A DNA stretch of 64,000 nt from Gemmatimonadota bacterium (GCA_039586365.1 JBDHKN010000010.1:1-64000); one strand, 5' to 3'. Positions 10,158-20,096 are shown, numbered from the stretch's first letter. Notes: generated from the sequence alone by a model not told the origin. A program made the numbers and translations.

Positions 10158-10289
10158 CGTTCACTTCTCTCGCTGCGATTCCCCTGCTCTGTCGACACGC
10201 CCTTCGGCACGAATATCTTTGCTCTTGATCAATCACATCGTACGAGAGGTACGGTGTATGAGAAATCCGGACTTTGCCCTAGGCGTATT

Positions 10290-10303
10290 GCGGTTTGTAC
10301 GTA
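10290..10303 (-). promoter_or_regulatory. TASGTA-N4-CCRY motif copy (TACGTACAAACCGC)
   Basis: Lies in the divergent BON/kinase intergenic region; 13/14 identical to the copies at 13861 and 14007. Confidence 0.55.
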
Positions 10304-10427
10304 TTGATCCCTGATGAAACACTGAATAGTGGTTCCCGAGCTGTGGTGCGAGCTGGGTTTCTGATAGATTGATCAATAGCCGTGACCAGTGGAGTGAGAA
10401 GATCACGTCGCGTTCATTTACGGCCCA

Positions 10428-11681
10428 GTGGACACTGACTTCATGGGAGGTACCGCGAGATTGCAGCATCGGATTCGACGGCCGCAGCAAGAGCCGATTG
10501 CTTCCCAACAGCAGGTGACAGACGACGGACTGCGACATCTGGCACACCAGTTGGGTGAGCGTGTAAAGGAACTGAACTGCTTGTTCGGGATTTCCGAGAT
10601 AGTTGAGAGATCCGGCGGCTCACTCGATACAATCTTGCAGGAAACGGTTGAATTGCTCCCTCCGTCTTGGGAATTTCCGGAGATCGCATGCGCTCGAATC
10701 GAGCTAGGTGGCAGGGAGTATCAAACCGACAACTATGCATCCAGCACCTGGAAACTGGCAGGGGACATTTTCGTTCGGGGCAAACGAGCAGGGGTCATCG
10801 AGGTCTGTTACCTCGAGGAAAAGCCTGGACGCGAAGAAGGACCGTTCTCTGCAGAGGAGCGTAAGCTGCTCAACGCAATCGCGGAGCGTCTGGGCCATGT
10901 GGCCGAACGTCTGCAAACTGAGAGACTCCTGCACGGTCAACAGCAAGAGCTCAGAGAACGACTGACGCACCTTTCCCGAGTTAGTACCATGGGAGAGATG
11001 GCCAGCAACATAGCTCACGAAGTCAACCAGCCGCTCACAGCCATATCGACCTACGCACAGGCAGCCAAGCGTCTAATGGCTGCCGACCAGGTGTCAGGAT
11101 CATATGTCATGGATGTTCTCACCCGAATCAGCGAAGAGGCGCTGCGGGCAGGAGAGATTATCCACAGGCTGAAAGACCTAGTCCGGAAACGGGGAAGTAG
11201 TCGGGAGAGATTCGACGTCAACAGACTCATTCACGACATCGAGCAGCTCGCTGCAGTCGACTGCCGCCTACATGACGTCCAACTCCGCATGGTGCTGTCC
11301 AAATCTCTGCCACCTGTCCTTGTCGACGGAGTCCAGATCCAACAAGTGGTACTCAACCTGATCCGTAACGGAGTTGATGCGATGGAGGATGTGGATCACG
11401 AGCCTAGGGAGGTGGTCATCCGCACCATCCAACGTAAGGAGGGTGAGATCGAGGTGAGCGTAAGCGACCGCGGCTGCGGGCCACCTGACGATATCGGCGA
11501 CCAACTGTTCCAGCCGTTCTTCACGACCAAAGACGACGGCTTGGGCATGGGTCTCTCCATCAGCCGATCAATCGTTCAGAGCCATGGAGGCAACATGTGG
11601 TACGCCCGCAACCCTCACGGTGGCACGACTTTCTTCTTCTCGCTTCCAGCTACATCCGAGGACGACAATGACTCACAGTGA
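10428..11681 (+). CDS. Cytoplasmic FixL-type histidine kinase with a GAF-like N-terminal domain (start uncertain)
   Basis: MGEMASNIAHEVNQPL, QIQQVVLNLIRNG, FFTTK..GLGMGLSISRSI. No TM segments; ERVKELNCL N-terminal domain. Confidence 0.9.
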   Translation: MDTDFMGGTARLQHRIRRPQQEPIASQQQVTDDGLRHLAHQLGERVKELNCLFGISEIVERSGGSLDTILQETVELLPPSWEFPEIACARIELGGREYQTDNYASSTWKLAGDIFVRGKRAGVIEVCYLEEKPGREEGPFSAEERKLLNAIAERLGHVAERLQTERLLHGQQQELRERLTHLSRVSTMGEMASNIAHEVNQPLTAISTYAQAAKRLMAADQVSGSYVMDVLTRISEEALRAGEIIHRLKDLVRKRGSSRERFDVNRLIHDIEQLAAVDCRLHDVQLRMVLSKSLPPVLVDGVQIQQVVLNLIRNGVDAMEDVDHEPREVVIRTIQRKEGEIEVSVSDRGCGPPDDIGDQLFQPFFTTKDDGLGMGLSISRSIVQSHGGNMWYARNPHGGTTFFFSLPATSEDDNDSQ

Positions 11682-12279
11682 ACCGACCGTCTTTGTTGTC
11701 GACGACGACGCTGGTGTGCGCGATTCCATAGCACTGCTAATCCGTTCCGTTGGCTTGAAATCGCAGACCTACCCGTCCGCAAACGACTTCCTTGCGACCT
11801 ATGCGGCGGGCACTCCCGGTTGCCTTGTGTTGGATGTGCGCATGCCGGGAATGAGTGGCTTGGAACTACAAGAGCGACTGGAAGCAATCGGCTCAACCTT
11901 ACCAATCATTTTCCTCACGGCGCACGGAGATATTCCAATGGCGGTGCAAGCCGTTAAGGCCGGTGCCGTCGATTTCATCCAGAAGCCATTTCGAGACCAG
12001 GCACTGATTGACAGAATCCAGCAGGCGATCGAACAAGATGCAAGGGCCAGGGAAGAGTTCACCGACCGCGATAGGATCGCTGATCGTGTAGCCACGTTGA
12101 CTCCCCGCGAACGCGAAGTGATGGATATGGTCGTAGAGGGAAAAGCAAACAAGGCAATCGCGATCGATCTGGGTCTGAGCCAACGCACTGTCGAGATTCA
12201 CCGTGCTCGCGTGATGAAGAAGATGCAGGCTGAGTCGCTATCCCAACTCGTCCAGATGATCATGCGGTCAAAGAGGTAG
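11668..12279 (+). CDS. fixJ: FixJ-family response regulator (REC plus LuxR HTH)
   Basis: VFVVDDD, PGCLVLDVRMP, AVKAGAVDFIQKPF and LTPREREV..NKAIAIDLGLSQRTVEIHRARVMKKM. Overlaps the end of the kinase gene. Confidence 0.92.
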   Translation: MTHSEPTVFVVDDDAGVRDSIALLIRSVGLKSQTYPSANDFLATYAAGTPGCLVLDVRMPGMSGLELQERLEAIGSTLPIIFLTAHGDIPMAVQAVKAGAVDFIQKPFRDQALIDRIQQAIEQDARAREEFTDRDRIADRVATLTPREREVMDMVVEGKANKAIAIDLGLSQRTVEIHRARVMKKMQAESLSQLVQMIMRSKR

Positions 12280-12390
12280 TCCGGAGGTAGCAGGACTTCA
12301 GCGGGAGCTACTGGCTGGGCATTCCAGCTGCGTAGTCTGGCCCTGTCGCAAGGGTGTTATCGCGAGGCGCGTCCAGATTCTATCCGGCAG

Positions 12391-12404
12391 TAGGTACTTA
12401 CCAC
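12391..12404 (+). promoter_or_regulatory. TASGTA-N4-CCRY motif copy (TAGGTACTTACCAC)
   Basis: Intergenic, upstream of the PepSY gene. Confidence 0.45.
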
Positions 12405-12612
12405 TATCCCATCACGTATATCTCCCGATGTTGTCTACGTCGCAATTCCTTCATTGTCCATATGGTGCATATGGCTCGTTACGTGATTCCATGTCGAGTG
12501 CAGTGAGCAGTACCGAACAAGGCCAGTCGAGCGCGCGAGTCCACGCGCCACAGTGGTGGACACCCACAGCGGTTGGCGGAGATCCATGCAAGGAGAGAGG
12601 AGGGCGGGGGTG

Positions 12613-13209
12613 ATGAATGTAGGGAGAAGGCACGTTGTAGCAGCGTTTGTTGTCCTCGGCCTGACACCGGTAGTCTGTGCAGCCCAAGTGCAAACACCCA
12701 TTCCGATTCGCGAACAAACACCAGGTCTACTGGCACAAGCCAAGATCGCACCAGCTGCGGCACGCCTTGCTGCCTATGCTGAGTTTCCGGGAGCCCGGAT
12801 AGTTGCAGCAAGTATTGAACGCCAAGGCCGTTACCTCGGCTACTCCTTTGATCTACAGGTTTCGGGTCACGACGGGCTCGAACATGTGCAGATCGATGCG
12901 GGCAACGGCCAAGTCATCCGCGTAGAGTACACCGTGGAACTGGATAAGGACGGTCGCGTTGTGATGTTGGCACCCTTTGAGCTCATGTCCTTGGCCAGGA
13001 GCACCTTCGTGACAGCCCGTGACAAAGCCTCGGCCACGGTCGAGAATGGGGAGATTGTAGACTGTAAGCTTCGAGTGGAACGAGCGGCTTCGGTATACGT
13101 GTTCGACGTCCGGGTGGGTAACACGGAGGTTTTAGACCGCGTGTTGATCAATGCGTACAACGGAGTGGTTATCTCGGTTCAAGAACTGAGTGATAGGACT
13201 CCACTGTGA
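12613..13209 (+). CDS. Exported PepSY-domain protein (two repeats)
   Basis: Signal peptide, then AKIAPAAARLAA..YSFDL..VQIDAGNGQV and a second repeat ending VYVFDV..VLINAYNGVVI. Confidence 0.75.
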   Translation: MNVGRRHVVAAFVVLGLTPVVCAAQVQTPIPIREQTPGLLAQAKIAPAAARLAAYAEFPGARIVAASIERQGRYLGYSFDLQVSGHDGLEHVQIDAGNGQVIRVEYTVELDKDGRVVMLAPFELMSLARSTFVTARDKASATVENGEIVDCKLRVERAASVYVFDVRVGNTEVLDRVLINAYNGVVISVQELSDRTPL

Positions 13210-13300
13210 CCGAGTCGATGTGAACGCACACAATCCTCCTGGGGATTGGGGCGCTAGGAGTGTTAGCTGACGGTTGGGTTGACAGGCTTGCTGCGCACCC

Positions 13301-13723
13301 TCAACCAGGAATGCGGCCTGTGTCGGCGGTTATCCCCTCTTGCCGGCGTCGCCGCAGACTAGTTTTCACGGCCAACCTCAGTTCATCTGGAGAGAACGGC
13401 TTGGGCAGGAACTCGTCGGCCCCGGCCTTCATCGCCTCGACTGCAATCCCGAGGGTCGGATAGCCGGTCACGACAACAATGGCGACCTGCTGATCATGCT
13501 TGCGGACTTCCGAGATCACTTCTCTACCGCTGAGACTAGGCATTTTCAGATCGACGATGGCGACGTCCGGCGCTGAGGTTGTCATGGCTCGGAGTCCCGC
13601 AACACCATCTGCGAACGTTTCCACGTCGTAGCCCAGTTTCGACAAGATCTGATCACACGAGCTGCGACACACGTCGTTGTTGTCGATCACGACTACCCGC
13701 ACACGTTCGGTCGCTGCGCACAT
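13301..13723 (-). CDS. Single-domain response regulator
   Basis: VVVIDNN, AIVDLKMP, VTGYP and PKPF. ATG 13723 follows GGGGAG. Confidence 0.85.
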   Translation of the reverse strand: MCAATERVRVVVIDNNDVCRSSCDQILSKLGYDVETFADGVAGLRAMTTSAPDVAIVDLKMPSLSGREVISEVRKHDQQVAIVVVTGYPTLGIAVEAMKAGADEFLPKPFSPDELRLAVKTSLRRRRQEGITADTGRIPG

Positions 13724-13860
13724 TTCCGGCTCCCCCGCTGTCAGACGATTGCAGGGCATCTCGAGGTCAGTGACATACCTAACCCGCCATTCGTTTTCCA
13801 TACACAGATGGTAAGGCGCAACCGGAGGACGGGGAATTCGCAGTTGGCCGTACTGGAATC

Positions 13861-13874
13861 GCGGTTTCTACGTA
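13861..13874 (-). promoter_or_regulatory. TASGTA-N4-CCRY motif copy (TACGTAGAAACCGC)
   Basis: Divergent region upstream of the hydrogenase operon. Confidence 0.55.
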
Positions 13875-14006
13875 CAGGCTCCAACTACCCGCAACCCGCC
13901 CACCGATCATATCTCTCACCAGACCAACACAGATCAACCACTCTGTAGCAACCAGGACCGTAGCGGACCGGCCGGCCCGCAGTGCTTGATCCCTCCAAGC
14001 AACGAC

Positions 14007-14020
14007 TACGTACAAACCAC
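14007..14020 (+). promoter_or_regulatory. TASGTA-N4-CCRY motif copy (TACGTACAAACCAC)
   Basis: About 200 bp upstream of the first gene of the hydrogenase operon. Confidence 0.55.
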
Positions 14021-14221
14021 GATGGTTGTAAGGCCAACTGCGCATTTCGCTCGGGTTCTCTTGCTCGTAGCATCTACCCGATAGCTCTGGCCACAAGCGA
14101 AGATGCGTTCAGCAGCAGTGGCCTATGACATCAACAATCCACGAGGTGGCAGATTGCTGTACGTATGTTCGGCTGTGGCGACCTCGGTTGGCTTGACCAG
14201 ACGAACTGGCCCAAACGGGAC

Positions 14222-16204
14222 ATGAGTAGTCGAGACGGTGTGTCCGCAAGCGTCCCCACCGTCTGCCCTTTCTGCGCATGTGGTTGCGGCCTCTATTTGC
14301 AGAAACTGGACGACGAATTGACAGGGGTGATGCCGAGTGAACATCATCCCGTCTCGGAAGGGAGGTTGTGTGCCCGGGGGTGGGCCGCCCACGAGGCGTC
14401 TCTTTGGGGCCCGCGACTCAGCCGCCCTCTTGTCCGGAATCGCGGCACACTAGAACCAACCACGTGGTCGGCTGCCCTGAGTGCTGCCGCAGAGCGTATC
14501 AGCAAGATCGTTGTAGCCGGCAGGTGGATCGGCGTTCTGGGATCGGCACGTGCTACGAACGAAGAGAATTTCCTTGCCGCAAGGCTTGCCAGAGGCGCTC
14601 TCCAGACGAGCCACGTCGACTCCTGCCTACGTGCTCCCTATCAAAGTCTGCTCGGAGGTTATGCGGAACTCGGCTTAGGCTGCAATTTATCGTCGGCGCT
14701 CGCGGACATAGAACAATGTGATGTGATCCTCCTGCACGAGGGTGATCTGGCGCTCACTCACCCTCAGGCTGCCTACGCCATCATGAAGGCTGTACGAAAC
14801 GGATCCCGGTTGGTCACGATGGGAGCCGCGAAGACACGAATGAGTCGCCTAGCCTGGCTGCACATACCGCTGTTTCCAGGCGACGAGCCGATCTTGGCAG
14901 CCACACTTGCGGCAACAGCAGTGAGTGCCAGCTCGGATAACATGGGTGATGTCGACGGTACCGCACACCGCCGACAAGAGCTCGTTCCAAGCGCCCTGCA
15001 CCAGATACCACTGGCAGAATTAGACAGAGCGATTGATTCGTATGCGGCCGCATGCCGTGCCGCAATCTTGCTCGCCCCGACAGGCGCAGCCGCTGCCCGA
15101 CTCCGTGAGATATCCAGTGGTTTCGCCAAGCTTGCAGCTAGCACAGGACACTCGCAGCGTCCTGGATCTGTGTTCTTGCCGCTACCGCTTCGCGCTAACA
15201 GCCGGGGAGCCCTCGAAATGGGAGCGGTGCCTAACCGCTTACCCGGTCTTTGCGCCCTCGATGACGAAGCAGCGCTCGGGCGCTTAGCCCAGGTCTGGGG
15301 CTGTGAGCCGGCGAGCGAACGCGGACTCGACGTCGAGGCGATGCTCGGTGAGGTCAGGGGACTCATCATAGTTGCTGATGACCCACTGGTGGCTCTGCCT
15401 GCTGCTGACAGTGCCCGCGCGGCATTAGCCGAACTGGACTGCCTGGTTGTGCTCGACGCGTTCGTCACACCGACCGTCGAAGCATCCCACGTTGCTCTGC
15501 CCATAACAAGTCCTGCAGAAACAGATGGCACCCTCACCAGCATGGAAGGTAGAGTGCAGTGGCTGCGAGCTTGTACGCCCCCTCCTGTGGAAGCTCGTCC
15601 AGGATGGTTGGTGCTGAGCGAACTTGGTGCAGCGCTTGGGATGCCCAATACCCACCAATCCGTGGACGACATCCTACGTGACATTCGTCGTGCGGTACCA
15701 AGCTATGAAGAGGCACTCTTGCCGCACGAAGGTCATAGGGTGGGTACTGCAGGAATACTACAGGGAATAACCGGATGTCCACGGGGCCGTGCGTTGGTAT
15801 CTGGAGGACTGCGGAGTTCGAATCCGGAGTTAAGGGGTGTATCGACAGCCGGCTCAGCGGACGGGACTGAGTTCCCCTTCCAACTCGTGCGCGCGGGTTC
15901 ATTCGATTGGGGTGACGACCCTCTAGTCAACTACTCACCAACGCTGCGCCGCGATCACTCGTCGCTGAAAAAGCTGTTTCCGGATGGTCTTGTCGAGATG
16001 AGCAGCCAGGACGCGGAACGGCTGGGGATTCGCCATGGCTGGAGCGTGCGAATCAAATCGATCCACGGCGAGACAGTCGTCCCTGTCAGCCTACGGGAGG
16101 ACCTCGACTCGAAGATCCTACTGGTTCCCTTCGCGTTTCGCGGTCACCTGGAGCCAGTGTTGAATAGGGGAGTGATGCAGCGAGTGAAGGTGGAGCGGAT
16201 TTGA
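14222..16204 (+). CDS. Molybdopterin-oxidoreductase-fold protein, FdhF/NuoG-like, probably non-catalytic
   Basis: N-terminal 4Fe-4S motif CPFCACGC..LCARG, SARATNEE, ETDGTLTSMEGRVQ and a C-terminal molydop-binding-like domain. The Sec/Cys-His site reads DSCLRAPY. Confidence 0.88.
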   Translation: MSSRDGVSASVPTVCPFCACGCGLYLQKLDDELTGVMPSEHHPVSEGRLCARGWAAHEASLWGPRLSRPLVRNRGTLEPTTWSAALSAAAERISKIVVAGRWIGVLGSARATNEENFLAARLARGALQTSHVDSCLRAPYQSLLGGYAELGLGCNLSSALADIEQCDVILLHEGDLALTHPQAAYAIMKAVRNGSRLVTMGAAKTRMSRLAWLHIPLFPGDEPILAATLAATAVSASSDNMGDVDGTAHRRQELVPSALHQIPLAELDRAIDSYAAACRAAILLAPTGAAAARLREISSGFAKLAASTGHSQRPGSVFLPLPLRANSRGALEMGAVPNRLPGLCALDDEAALGRLAQVWGCEPASERGLDVEAMLGEVRGLIIVADDPLVALPAADSARAALAELDCLVVLDAFVTPTVEASHVALPITSPAETDGTLTSMEGRVQWLRACTPPPVEARPGWLVLSELGAALGMPNTHQSVDDILRDIRRAVPSYEEALLPHEGHRVGTAGILQGITGCPRGRALVSGGLRSSNPELRGVSTAGSADGTEFPFQLVRAGSFDWGDDPLVNYSPTLRRDHSSLKKLFPDGLVEMSSQDAERLGIRHGWSVRIKSIHGETVVPVSLREDLDSKILLVPFAFRGHLEPVLNRGVMQRVKVERI

Positions 16205-16214
16205 ACGGGAGCCG

Positions 16215-17282
16215 TTGCGGGAACCCGAGATGACACCTGAGGATGCGGTAACCATAGCCAAAGAAGACCTTCCAGAGTGGCTGACCTGGCTTGGCGAGCG
16301 AGCGCAGTTGATCGCGCCCACTTCAGGTCTCGGCGGAGATGTCCTTTTCACCACCATCTCGTCCCCTCAGGAAGTACTGTGGGAATTCGAGAACTCCCTC
16401 CAGCCGCCCAAACAGTTGCTCCTACCGCAAACAGATCCTCTGGTGAAGATCAGCTACGATGCGGGACGATTCCATCCGGAGCCCGTTTACGACGACCGCC
16501 GACGAATAATCTTCAACGTCCGCAACTGTGACGTGAGCGGGTTCCTCTATCTCCATCGAATGCACTCCCGCGACCTCCCCGACCCTTCCTATCTGCGGCG
16601 GGCCGAGAACACGGCGTTCGTCAGCCTTGCTTGCACCCAGCCGTGCCGGTTGGGCTTCTGCGTCTGCTGTGACGCTGGACCGTTCCTGCGAACCGGATTC
16701 GATCTCCAGCTGACCGCAACGAGTGAGCGAATTTTCGTCGATGTCGGGAGCCGCAAGGGACGTTCGCTCACTGATGGCGTAGCAGATCTGTTCCGTTTGG
16801 CCACACCCGACGAAGTGGCGGAACGGCAGCGACTGGAGGCGAGGGCACGTAGTCTCTTCGGAGAGGAGACCTGCCATTTCGGCTCTGCCATGCGCCGCAT
16901 TTCCACGGGGAGGGTGGCGAAGGAATTGTGGGAGACCATGGGTAATTGGTGCCTCGCATGCGGCGGATGCAATTTCGCCTGCCCTACCTGCTATTGCTTC
17001 AGCGTGAAGGACCGCGCGGTCGACGACTCATGGATGAGGTGCCGCATCTGGGACTCCTGCCAATACGCGGCATTCACCCTGGAGGCCTCCGGTCACAACC
17101 CCCGGACGCAGCAGCGCGATCGCATGTGGCGGCGTTTCTTCCACAAGGTGAGCGCCCAGTACTACCAGCGTGACGGGGACGTAGGTTGTGTGGGATGTGG
17201 TCGGTGCATCCAAGTCTGCATGGGTACCACAGACATGCCGGCGGTAGTGGAGGCGATCCGAAAGGGGGAGTGGCATGGATGA
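16215..17282 (+). CDS. 4Fe-4S protein, sulfhydrogenase beta / AsrA family
   Basis: CLACGGCNFACPTCYCF, RIWDSC, ASGHNPR, RRFFHK and CVGCGRCIQVC. Confidence 0.9.
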   Translation: MREPEMTPEDAVTIAKEDLPEWLTWLGERAQLIAPTSGLGGDVLFTTISSPQEVLWEFENSLQPPKQLLLPQTDPLVKISYDAGRFHPEPVYDDRRRIIFNVRNCDVSGFLYLHRMHSRDLPDPSYLRRAENTAFVSLACTQPCRLGFCVCCDAGPFLRTGFDLQLTATSERIFVDVGSRKGRSLTDGVADLFRLATPDEVAERQRLEARARSLFGEETCHFGSAMRRISTGRVAKELWETMGNWCLACGGCNFACPTCYCFSVKDRAVDDSWMRCRIWDSCQYAAFTLEASGHNPRTQQRDRMWRRFFHKVSAQYYQRDGDVGCVGCGRCIQVCMGTTDMPAVVEAIRKGEWHG

Positions 17283-18096
17283 GTTGTTCCTCCCCAGGGT
17301 AGCAATGATCCTCAGCCAGAAAGACGAGACTCCGGACACTCGCACCTATCAGCTGCAGTTCCGCGACCCCCAGGAACAGGAGCGATTCGCCTTCCAGCCC
17401 GGTCAGTTCTTGGAGCTTTCCGTGTTTGGCATCGGAGAGGCCCCCTTCTGTCTGGCTTCTAGCCCAACGAGAAGGGGATTCGTCGAGGTCACGGTGAGGC
17501 GCACTGGACAGCTTACCGACGCTCTCCATGCTCTGAGCCCCAGGGATGAGATCGGCCTACGTGGTCCATGTGGGAATGGCTTCGACGTGGAAGCTGCCAC
17601 CGGACACGATCTGCTATTCATCGCCGGGGGAATCGGCCTGCCCCCGCTCCGTGGACTCATCTGGAACATCTTGGACGAACGCGACCGATTCGGCCGCGTC
17701 ACGATCCTTTACGGCGCCCGGACCCCGACCGACTTGGTATACAAGGACGAGCTGAAGCTGTGGGAGGAGCGCGACGACGTGGAGTTCTTCGTCACGGTGG
17801 ATCGGGCGGAGTCCGGTTGGGAGGGGAACGTCGGCATGGTGCCGGTTCTCCTGAACATGGTAGAACTGCGTCCTGCCAGTACGCTCACCTACGTCTGCGG
17901 ACCGCCGATCATGATCAAGTTCGTGATCCAAGACCTCCTCATGCGCGGCTTTGCTGAGGAGCGAGTCATATCCACTCTCGAACGAACTATGCAGTGTGGC
18001 GTAGGTAAGTGTAACCACTGCTGCATCGGGCACTTCTACGTCTGCCGGGATGGTCCTGTTTTCACCTATAGACAGATCCGGGAGATGGTGGAATGA
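17275..18096 (+). CDS. FAD/NAD(P)-binding 2Fe-2S protein, sulfhydrogenase gamma / AsrB family
   Basis: PGQF..GIGEAPF, IAGGIGLPPLR, YVCGPPIM and LER.MQCGVGKCNHC..VCRDGPVF. Confidence 0.92.
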   Translation: MDELFLPRVAMILSQKDETPDTRTYQLQFRDPQEQERFAFQPGQFLELSVFGIGEAPFCLASSPTRRGFVEVTVRRTGQLTDALHALSPRDEIGLRGPCGNGFDVEAATGHDLLFIAGGIGLPPLRGLIWNILDERDRFGRVTILYGARTPTDLVYKDELKLWEERDDVEFFVTVDRAESGWEGNVGMVPVLLNMVELRPASTLTYVCGPPIMIKFVIQDLLMRGFAEERVISTLERTMQCGVGKCNHCCIGHFYVCRDGPVFTYRQIREMVE

Positions 18097-18635
18097 CCGC
18101 AATGGAGAGTGGTATGACGCTCCCGGATGCTCTGGCGGTTCGACTCTCAGGAAAGGTGGTCGTTGTGGGCATCGGCAATCCGATGTTCGGCGACGATGCC
18201 GCGGGCTGCCTCGTAGCCCGAAGGCTCACGGGTACTCTAGGTCTTCTCGTCATCGAAGCGGAAGACGTTCCAGAATGCTATCTGGGGGAAATAGTCGCCG
18301 CCAGACCTGACGTGGTCGTGTTCGTGGACGCGGTAGACTTGGGGGAGGCACCCGGATCGACCGCGGTATTACAGCAAGACATGCTGGCAAGCTATGAGGC
18401 GAGTACGCACCGGGTCCCGCTATCCCTCTTGGCGAAACTGATTTCGCGTGAGTGCGGGGCCGACGTTTGGGTGATCGCCATCCAACCACGGCAGGTGAAC
18501 TTGGGGGCGACTCTCAGTACCGAAGTTGCTCAGGCCATCGTCGCTCTATCCGGATTGATCCGACAGTCGGTTCCTGGTTCTGGCACAGCGTTTGGCGTCG
18601 GCACTCCGCTGAAACGGGACACTGGGCCATGTTGA
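18093..18635 (+). CDS. hycI: Hydrogenase maturation endopeptidase, HycI-like
   Basis: VVGIGNPMFGDDAAG, VPE, FVDAVDLG..PG, STHRVPL and IQP. Confidence 0.9.
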   Translation: MTAMESGMTLPDALAVRLSGKVVVVGIGNPMFGDDAAGCLVARRLTGTLGLLVIEAEDVPECYLGEIVAARPDVVVFVDAVDLGEAPGSTAVLQQDMLASYEASTHRVPLSLLAKLISRECGADVWVIAIQPRQVNLGATLSTEVAQAIVALSGLIRQSVPGSGTAFGVGTPLKRDTGPC

Positions 18636-20092
18636 CTACGGCCCTAGTACTCGCTGTGGCCGTGCCCGTCCTAGGCGCGCTGATCGCGGCTGCAGTACCT
18701 GCCCGCCCAGCGCGCTGGAGTGCCATGGCAGCGGCAGCTGTAGCTGCGGCGCTGGCCATACGGGCTGTCGTCACAGCCTTCCCGGGTGTCTATCGGAGCG
18801 GCTTGGGCGGCTTGCCCTGGCTCGGTGCGCAGGTTGGGCACGGTCTCATTGGAGTCCTGATCGACCCGTTGAGCTCCGTCTTGCTCTTGGTTGTCGTGGT
18901 GATCGGACTCCTCACCGTCATCTACTCGTTCCAGTACGTAAGCGAAGCCAATCGCGACCACTCCGTAATGCCGCAGGATCAGCGGCGCTACTACCTCTGG
19001 CTCTTGCTGTTCGTGGCCAGCATGGTCGGTGTGGCCATCTCCCCAAACTTCCTGCAGCTGTTCCTGTTTTGGGAAATGACCACGCTCTGCTCATGGGCGC
19101 TCATCTCGTTCTACCGCAACGAACAGAGCCTGCGTGCCGGATTCAAAGCACTGGTGATGACTCATGTTGGGGGGCTCTTCTTCCTGCTCGCCCTGCTGGT
19201 GCTCTTCACTCAGACTGGTTCCTTCGACTTCGCGGCCCTGGCACGGTTGTCGGAAGGCCCCCGAGCTTCGGTGTTTCTCTGTCTGATGATCGCAACGTGG
19301 GCCAAAGCAGCGCAGGTACCGCTACACACATGGCTGCCCGACGCCATGGAGGCTCCTACGCCAATCAGTGCCTACTTGCACGCGGCTGCAATGGTGAAGG
19401 CCGGTGTGTACCTGATGGCGCGGAGCGTGAGTTCCGGGTGGGCAATGCCCCTGGGAACCGGGTATGCGTTGGGTGCGATGGCGCTGCTCACCATACTGGT
19501 GGCGCTTTCTTGCTACTTCGTACAGGATGACGTGAAGCGTTTGCTGGCCTATTCGACGATCTCACACCTCGGTTATGTGCTGTTGGGCGTCGCCATGGGG
19601 GCGCTCGGTTCCGTAGAAGGGTTCCGTGGGGGAGTCCTGCACATCGTCTGCCATGGATTCTCCAAGGCTTTGCTCTTCTTCTGCGCAGGAGCCGTTGCAT
19701 ACACAACCGGCGTGCGGAGCATCTCAGCGCTCAGGGGTCTAGGGCGCTCGATGCCGCTCACTGCGGTTGCCTTCTTCATTGGGGTACTCGCCGTCACCGG
19801 GATTCCACCGTTCGCTTGCTTCTGGAGCAAGTTCATGCTATTCGCCGGCGCCTTGCAGCTTCCCGGTCCAAGCGGGCCCATCCTGCTGGTAGTGCTACTG
19901 GGCGAGACACTCATTGCCTTCGCGTGGATGCTTTATGTCGCGCAGAGGGTCTTCCTCGGCGCGCCATCACCGGCCGCCGAGAACAGTCAGGATCCACCGC
20001 TCGCCATGAGCATGACATTGGTCCTGTTGATGATCGGATCCGGCATCGCCCCCGTGATCGGGATTCCGCTAGTCGAATTGATCGGAAGGTGA
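18629..20092 (+). CDS. hyfD: Hydrogenase-4 antiporter-like membrane subunit D
   Basis: NRDH..RYY, CSWALISFY, WLPDAMEAPTPISAYLHAA.MVK and KRLLAYST; resembles HyfD throughout. ATG at 18629. Confidence 0.85.
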   Translation: MLTTALVLAVAVPVLGALIAAAVPARPARWSAMAAAAVAAALAIRAVVTAFPGVYRSGLGGLPWLGAQVGHGLIGVLIDPLSSVLLLVVVVIGLLTVIYSFQYVSEANRDHSVMPQDQRRYYLWLLLFVASMVGVAISPNFLQLFLFWEMTTLCSWALISFYRNEQSLRAGFKALVMTHVGGLFFLLALLVLFTQTGSFDFAALARLSEGPRASVFLCLMIATWAKAAQVPLHTWLPDAMEAPTPISAYLHAAAMVKAGVYLMARSVSSGWAMPLGTGYALGAMALLTILVALSCYFVQDDVKRLLAYSTISHLGYVLLGVAMGALGSVEGFRGGVLHIVCHGFSKALLFFCAGAVAYTTGVRSISALRGLGRSMPLTAVAFFIGVLAVTGIPPFACFWSKFMLFAGALQLPGPSGPILLVVLLGETLIAFAWMLYVAQRVFLGAPSPAAENSQDPPLAMSMTLVLLMIGSGIAPVIGIPLVELIGR

Positions 20093-20096
20093 AGCA

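Noticed and set aside
10220..10380. FNR/FixK boxes (TTGATCAA at two places)
   Set aside because: The spacing does not fit TTGAT-N4-ATCAA.
14612..14700. Selenocysteine formate dehydrogenase with a SECIS element
   Set aside because: The frame is open with no TGA, and the ligand position encodes Pro.
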